Source of the DNA: Eledone cirrhosa
Taxonomy: Eukaryota
Length of the DNA stretch: 64,000 bases
NCBI GenBank assembly: GCA_964016885.1
Contig: OZ024743.1
Coordinates: 66,526,001 to 66,590,000, forward strand
Direction of reading: 5' to 3'
Shown: piece after piece, positions 59,225 to 64,000 of the stretch
Numbering within the stretch: position 1 is the stretch's first letter
Layout of the letters: the number at the start of each line of letters is the position of its first letter
Translations under genes and position numbers: made by a program
The notes under the pieces: model-generated
What the model saw: only the letters and a program-made list of their open reading frames with translations
Told to the model about the DNA's origin: nothing
Databases searched by the model: none

Positions 59225-60590
59225 GTTAATGATGGAAGGCAGGAAGCTGAATTAAGTGCAAGAATTGCAGGAACGGGTGCAGTAATGCACCAGCTTCCGA
59301 ATTCGGTCAGGAGAAGGAGGTAGGTAGGTGTAAAAGTGAAACTCGCTATCTTCAATTCGGTATTAACGTCAACCCGTACCTATGGTCAGGAATCTAGGGT
59401 ACTGACAGAAAAAATACGATCACAAATACAACAGGCCGAAATGGGGTTCTTCCGAAGGGACTTTGGAGTAACGTTACTCGATATTCTCATATCTCCCGAA
59501 ATTGCAAGTCTTGTGCCAAAATTAGAAATTATTAGAAGGGTAGTGAATTGACACAATTACAAGAGCGTCAGATAAAGTGCCATTGCGATATTTGTTCTGG
59601 CTCTTTACATTCCGAGTTCAAATCTCGCCAAGGTTAACTTTGCTTTTCATTCGTCCGCAGTCCATAAAAGAATGAACTATTCAAGAACTGGGGTTGATTT
59701 AATAAACCTTACCCTCTCTCAATATTTGCCGGCCTTGTGTCTAAATTAGAAATCAATACAATTCCGGCTTGTGGTGAAATTGACAGAGTCGATAGAGCGT
59801 CGGAGAAATGTTTAATAGCATTTGTTCTGGGTCATGTTTAGAAATGTTTAGTAGTATTTGTTCTGGATATGTTTTGAGTTCAAATTTGCTTCTCATCGAT
59901 AACATCGACTATCTCTCTCTCCACAAATGGCTGACCTTGTGTCTTAATTAAAAACTATTATTTAAGGGCATTAGATAGGCAGAATTATTAAAATTTGACA
60001 AAATGACAGGTACTGCAAGTTACAGTCTTTAACGTTAAGATTTCAAATCTCACCGACGTGAATTTTGCTGTTATCGGTCCGGACTCGATAAAATAAAGTA
60101 TTAATAATATACTAGGCGGTGGATTGGCAGTATCGGTAGAGGATCGGATGCCATGCTTTGAAGCATAGAGTTACCTCCCTGTATGATCTGAGTTCAAATT
60201 CCGCCGAGGTTAACTTTGCCTTTCATCCTTCCGGGGTCGATAGAATAAAGTACCAGTAATGTACTGGTAATTGCTGGCCTTGTGCCTAAAGTAGAAACAA
60301 TTAATAATATACTAGGATGATATAATCAACAAACAAATGGGCATGTGGTTAGAATGTCTCATAGAAAGAATCACTGGACATATTTTACGGGAAACACCAA
60401 ACGGCAGGAGACCCAGTGGTAGACCCTGATCAGAATGGTTGGGTAACATCTATGAGCTTGGCTGGTTTCGCTTGAGCATCCAGTTGGGTTAATTGGAGAC
60501 GGTTGCTTCTAACAGGACCCACTGGAAAGAGCGTTTGAGGACTCTGCCCCCACGGCCCTCTCAGGAATAACTAGAAGAAGAAGAAGAAGA
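59225..60590 (+). mobile_element. RTE-clade 3' fragment interrupted by a SINE cluster
   Basis: DGRQEAELSARIA..KLAIFNSV..TYGQES..AEMGFFRR (59230-59500) resumes as GHVVRMS..GRRPSGRP (60338 onward) and ends in (GAA)n. Confidence 0.8.
59505..60335 (+). mobile_element. Cluster of about four SINE family A copies
   Basis: Heads near 59540, 59772, 59975 and 60115; best core GAGTTCAAATTCCGCCGAGGTTAACTTTGCCTTTCATCCTTCCGGGGTCGATAG. Confidence 0.8.
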
Positions 60591-61479
60591 TATTATTGAG
60601 TGCCCCCTCTCTAAATATATGGCGTTGAGCCTAACAAGGAGAATGTATTTTAGATAGATTCATAGTCGGTGTTATTGGTTACAACGTATTACTGGTATAC
60701 ACTTTATGATCATTTGGTCCGTTAATTGTGGGGACTTCTAGAATGTTCAATAAAGCTTATGAAAGTATCGAAATTATAAAACTGGCATGGGTGTGAGATT
60801 AAGAAGTTGGTTTCGCAACCATATGGTTTCGGGTTCGATCCTACTGCATCACATATTAGTCAAGTTTTGTCTAACAGAACAAAGGATCAGCCAACATCTT
60901 ATGAATTAAAATTTGGAAGCCCATGTGAGTGAACGCTTCTGTTGTTGGGTGGTAAATTTAATTCGGCATCCATTTTAAATCCATCACCACCTCTAGGGTT
61001 TTTTGTGAGGTTTACTAAGTCGTAAATATTCAGACAAGAGCTCTTGTCTCAAGTTAGCGCATTTTCATCTTTTCAACAGCCATAGAGACTATGAAAGTAA
61101 GACCTTTACATTGAACCAGAACTAGAATAATTAACTCCAAATCTAAGATTATTCACACCTGTTCTAAACCGATATTTGTCAATAGTTAAGGAGAGAAAGC
61201 GGGGAGAGGAGAGAAAGGAAGAGAGAGGAGAGCGTGTTTGTGTGGTTGTGTGTATGTGTGTGTGGTTACATTTTTGCGCAATACATGGTAGAATAGCAAC
61301 TAAACAAATCTCAAATTGCACCCACCCTATTTAGTCTTAGCTAACGACACGGATACACATATACATACACACACACACACACTGTGTATTTAAAGCCTGG
61401 TGGGGCTCAGGCCTGAGTCCAGCAGATTTCTTCCAGAGAAATATAGAAATTGAGAGCGAGGAAATAAGAAAGAGATATA

Positions 61480-61610
61480 GAGGAAGAATCAACCCAGTAC
61501 TAGACTGGTGTTTCTTTTATCGACCTCGAAAGGATGAAAGTCAAAGTTGACCTCGGCAGATTTGAACTCAGAGAGCAGGGAGCCAGAACGAATATCATAA
61601 AGCATTCTAT
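61480..61610 (-). mobile_element. SINE family A, partial
   Basis: TTTATCGACCTCGAAAGGATGAAAGTCAAAGTTGACCTCGGCAGATTTGAACTCAG; also resembles 520-650. Confidence 0.75.
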
Positions 61611-61635
61611 TCTAATTTTTTATATATATATATAT

Positions 61636-62255
61636 ATAAAACATGAGAAGAAAGAATACTGCGTGGTTGCACATGGGTCACATATGATAAAAATAGTCCT
61701 TCGTCAGTGATTTTCCAACCTTCATCGCTTTAAAAATCATATACCTCCGGTTGGTGCGAGCAATAGCTAAATAAAGCTATTGGGACAAGTAAATCGCGTA
61801 AAGCGAGCGAGACAAGTAAACAACAGGGAAGGAAAGCAACGCAAAGATAGGAAAAAACAAGCAGCATGGAAATCCGGTCAGCTTAAACTGGGTGGATTTC
61901 ATGAGCGCGAGAGAGATATACAGACCGTCCGACGTGAGTGACATGTGAGCAAGAAGAGAACCTACTACAGGCCAAACGGGAGGAAGTGAGAAGGGGAGAA
62001 ACAGAGAGTGAGTGAGTGAGTGGAAGTTCGAGGAAGAGGCCAGTCGAGAGAAAGTGTAACTGACAGAGGGGGCGAAAGAAGGTGAGATAATAAGAGAGAG
62101 CGGGGAAGCAGTAAGAGAGAAAGAGACAAACGCAGCTGAGGCAAATATATATAAAAAACATGAGAAGAAAGGATACTGCGTGGTTGCACATGGGTTACAT
62201 ATGATAAAAATAGTCCTTCGTCAGTGATTTTCCAACCTTCATTGGTATTTCATCG

Positions 62256-62257
<2 letters not shown>
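61636..62257 (-). repeat. ~90-bp direct repeats (61636-61725, 62152-62241) bounding a ~620-bp unit; related to 55010-55120 (+)
   Basis: AAAACATGAGAAGAAAGRATACTGCGTGGTTGCACATGGGT..TAGTCCTTCGTCAGTGATTTTCCAACCTTCAT x2; (TA)n flanks. Confidence 0.75.
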
Positions 62258-62315
<58 letters not shown>

Positions 62316-62337
62316 TATATATATATAATATATATAC

Positions 62338-62365
<28 letters not shown>

Positions 62366-62369
<4 letters not shown>

Positions 62370-62766
62370 TAATTCAAAATATTAACAAAATAGATATTCT
62401 TGTGATCAATTATATTTTATTATACATATTTCAGAGGTACTGAGTTAAGTTCAACAGTACGTCCTCATCAGATAAAATAAGATGATGCATGACATACCCT
62501 GACATAGTAGATGGTTAAGATTCAGTCATCTACTATGTCAGGGTATGTCATGCATCATCTTATTTTATCTGATGAGGCCGTACTGTTGAACTTAACTCAG
62601 TACCTCTGAAATATGTATAATAAAATATAATTGATCACAAGAATATCTATTTTGTTAATATTTTGAATTAATATTAATAACTCTGGAAAACCTATTTTCT
62701 GTTGACTGCTTCCAATCTATTGTAAAACTCATTCTTTGATGTATTCATTGAACCTTGTTTAACTTT

Positions 62767-62770
<4 letters not shown>
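62366..62770 (+). mobile_element. 309-bp palindrome (62366-62674) plus ~95-bp tail, one hammerhead per arm
   Basis: 148-bp arms (one mismatch seen) around a 13-nt loop; (TA)n on both sides. Confidence 0.85.
62561..62627 (+). ncRNA. Minimal type I hammerhead (mirror copy at 62413-62479, minus strand)
   Basis: TATTTTAT CTGATGA GGcc-GTACTG..CAGTAC-ctCT GAAA TATGTA TA ATAAAATA. Confidence 0.78.
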
Positions 62771-62857
<87 letters not shown>

Positions 62858-63334
62858 ACGTGGGTGAAATGTAGGAAACAGAAAACTCGGAAGACACAAA
62901 CAAGGATAGTTCCCGTCTTCTGTGGATCATTATAGCTTTGGATGTTTAACGTTATTATTACGTAAGACCTGGTAAAAATAGCAGCTAAACAACTCCCATT
63001 CAAATTATAGCCTCCTGACATAAATAAAGCAAGAGCACATACAGAGTATTGTATTCCTAGATACACATACGAAAGAGACCGAATGTTCATTACTGGGATC
63101 TATTTGATTATAAATCAGTTCGGTCTGGGCTGACCTGGGGTTCAATAACTACAAACAACAATAAAGCAGGATTATGACACAATTCTCAATACAATGTCAA
63201 CTGGCCTTCTATCAGCCATGTAAAGCCAACACTGTCCACACGGATAACCTTTAAACTAAAGTTTCACATCTTGAGTTAATTCTAGTTGAAGTGAATCTGT
63301 CAGATCGAAGTACAGAATTGAAGTCATATTGAGG

Positions 63335-63489
63335 CAGTACCACTACCACCGTGGCTACCACCACCAGCACCACCACCAACAACAACAACAAGGCCACCAG
63401 TACCACCACCAATACCACCACCACCACCACCACCAATCCGCACAGTCAACGCCACCACCAGCGTTACCACTACCGCCACTGCCGTCACC

Positions 63490-63521
<32 letters not shown>

Positions 63522-63549
63522 GGTAACCAATACCACCGCCACCACCATC

Positions 63550-63581
<32 letters not shown>

Positions 63582-64000
63582 GGTCACCAATACCACCGCC
63601 ACCACCATCGCCACCACCACCACCACCACCAACAACAACAACAAGGTCACCAATACCACCGCCACCACCAGCCTTACCGCTGCCGTCACCACCGTCGCCA
63701 CTGAGGCCGTCACCACTGTTAACACAACCACCACCACCAACAACAAAAACAACAACAACATCAATACCACCTTCGCTACCCCCACAACACCCTAACCCAC
63801 CACCACCATCGCTACCCCCGACAACCCCCTAACCGACCTCCACCATCACTACTCTCCACAACACCCTAACTCACCACCGCCATCATTAACTCCGACAACC
63901 CCCTAACCGACCACCACCATCACTACCCTCCACAAAACCCCAATCCACCAACACCATTACTACCCCACACACAACCCTCTAACCCACCACCACGATCACT
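63335..64000 (+). repeat. Degenerate (ACC/AAC)n tract with CCCTAA units
   Basis: ~60-bp subrepeat at 63480-63660; CCCTAAC recurs from 63790 onward. Confidence 0.85.

Overview
Eukaryotic, AT- and microsatellite-rich, repeat-dominated DNA. The SINE families suggest a coleoid cephalopod, probably Octopus (inference). I found no intact host protein-coding gene. The window contains: (i) a ~22 kb 24-bp-unit ACC-rich minisatellite (24.4-46.4 kb) that reads as a mucin-like (KTTTTTTT)n ORF but carries recurrent frameshifts; (ii) a near full-length, inactivated L1/Tx1-type LINE with a ~17-bp TSD in a (TATC)n tract; (iii) RTE LINE pieces, two mariner remnants, a Helitron-type PIF1 helicase relic and many tRNA-derived SINEs of two families; (iv) a 5'-truncated Penelope-like element (GIY-YIG endonuclease) bounded by inverted pLTRs. 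The main unexpected signal is about 16 type I hammerhead-ribozyme motifs, intact to decayed, in roughly nine distinct sequence families. Most sit in small ORF-less palindromic or tandem/inverted elements in or beside (TA)n tracts. Several carry a compensatory U3-A8 core and palindromic stem III, and many share a GAGTRCT motif in their 3' tail. Together they look like a diverse population of non-autonomous Penelope-dependent ribozyme elements. All folds were read by eye, and most element boundaries are approximate.
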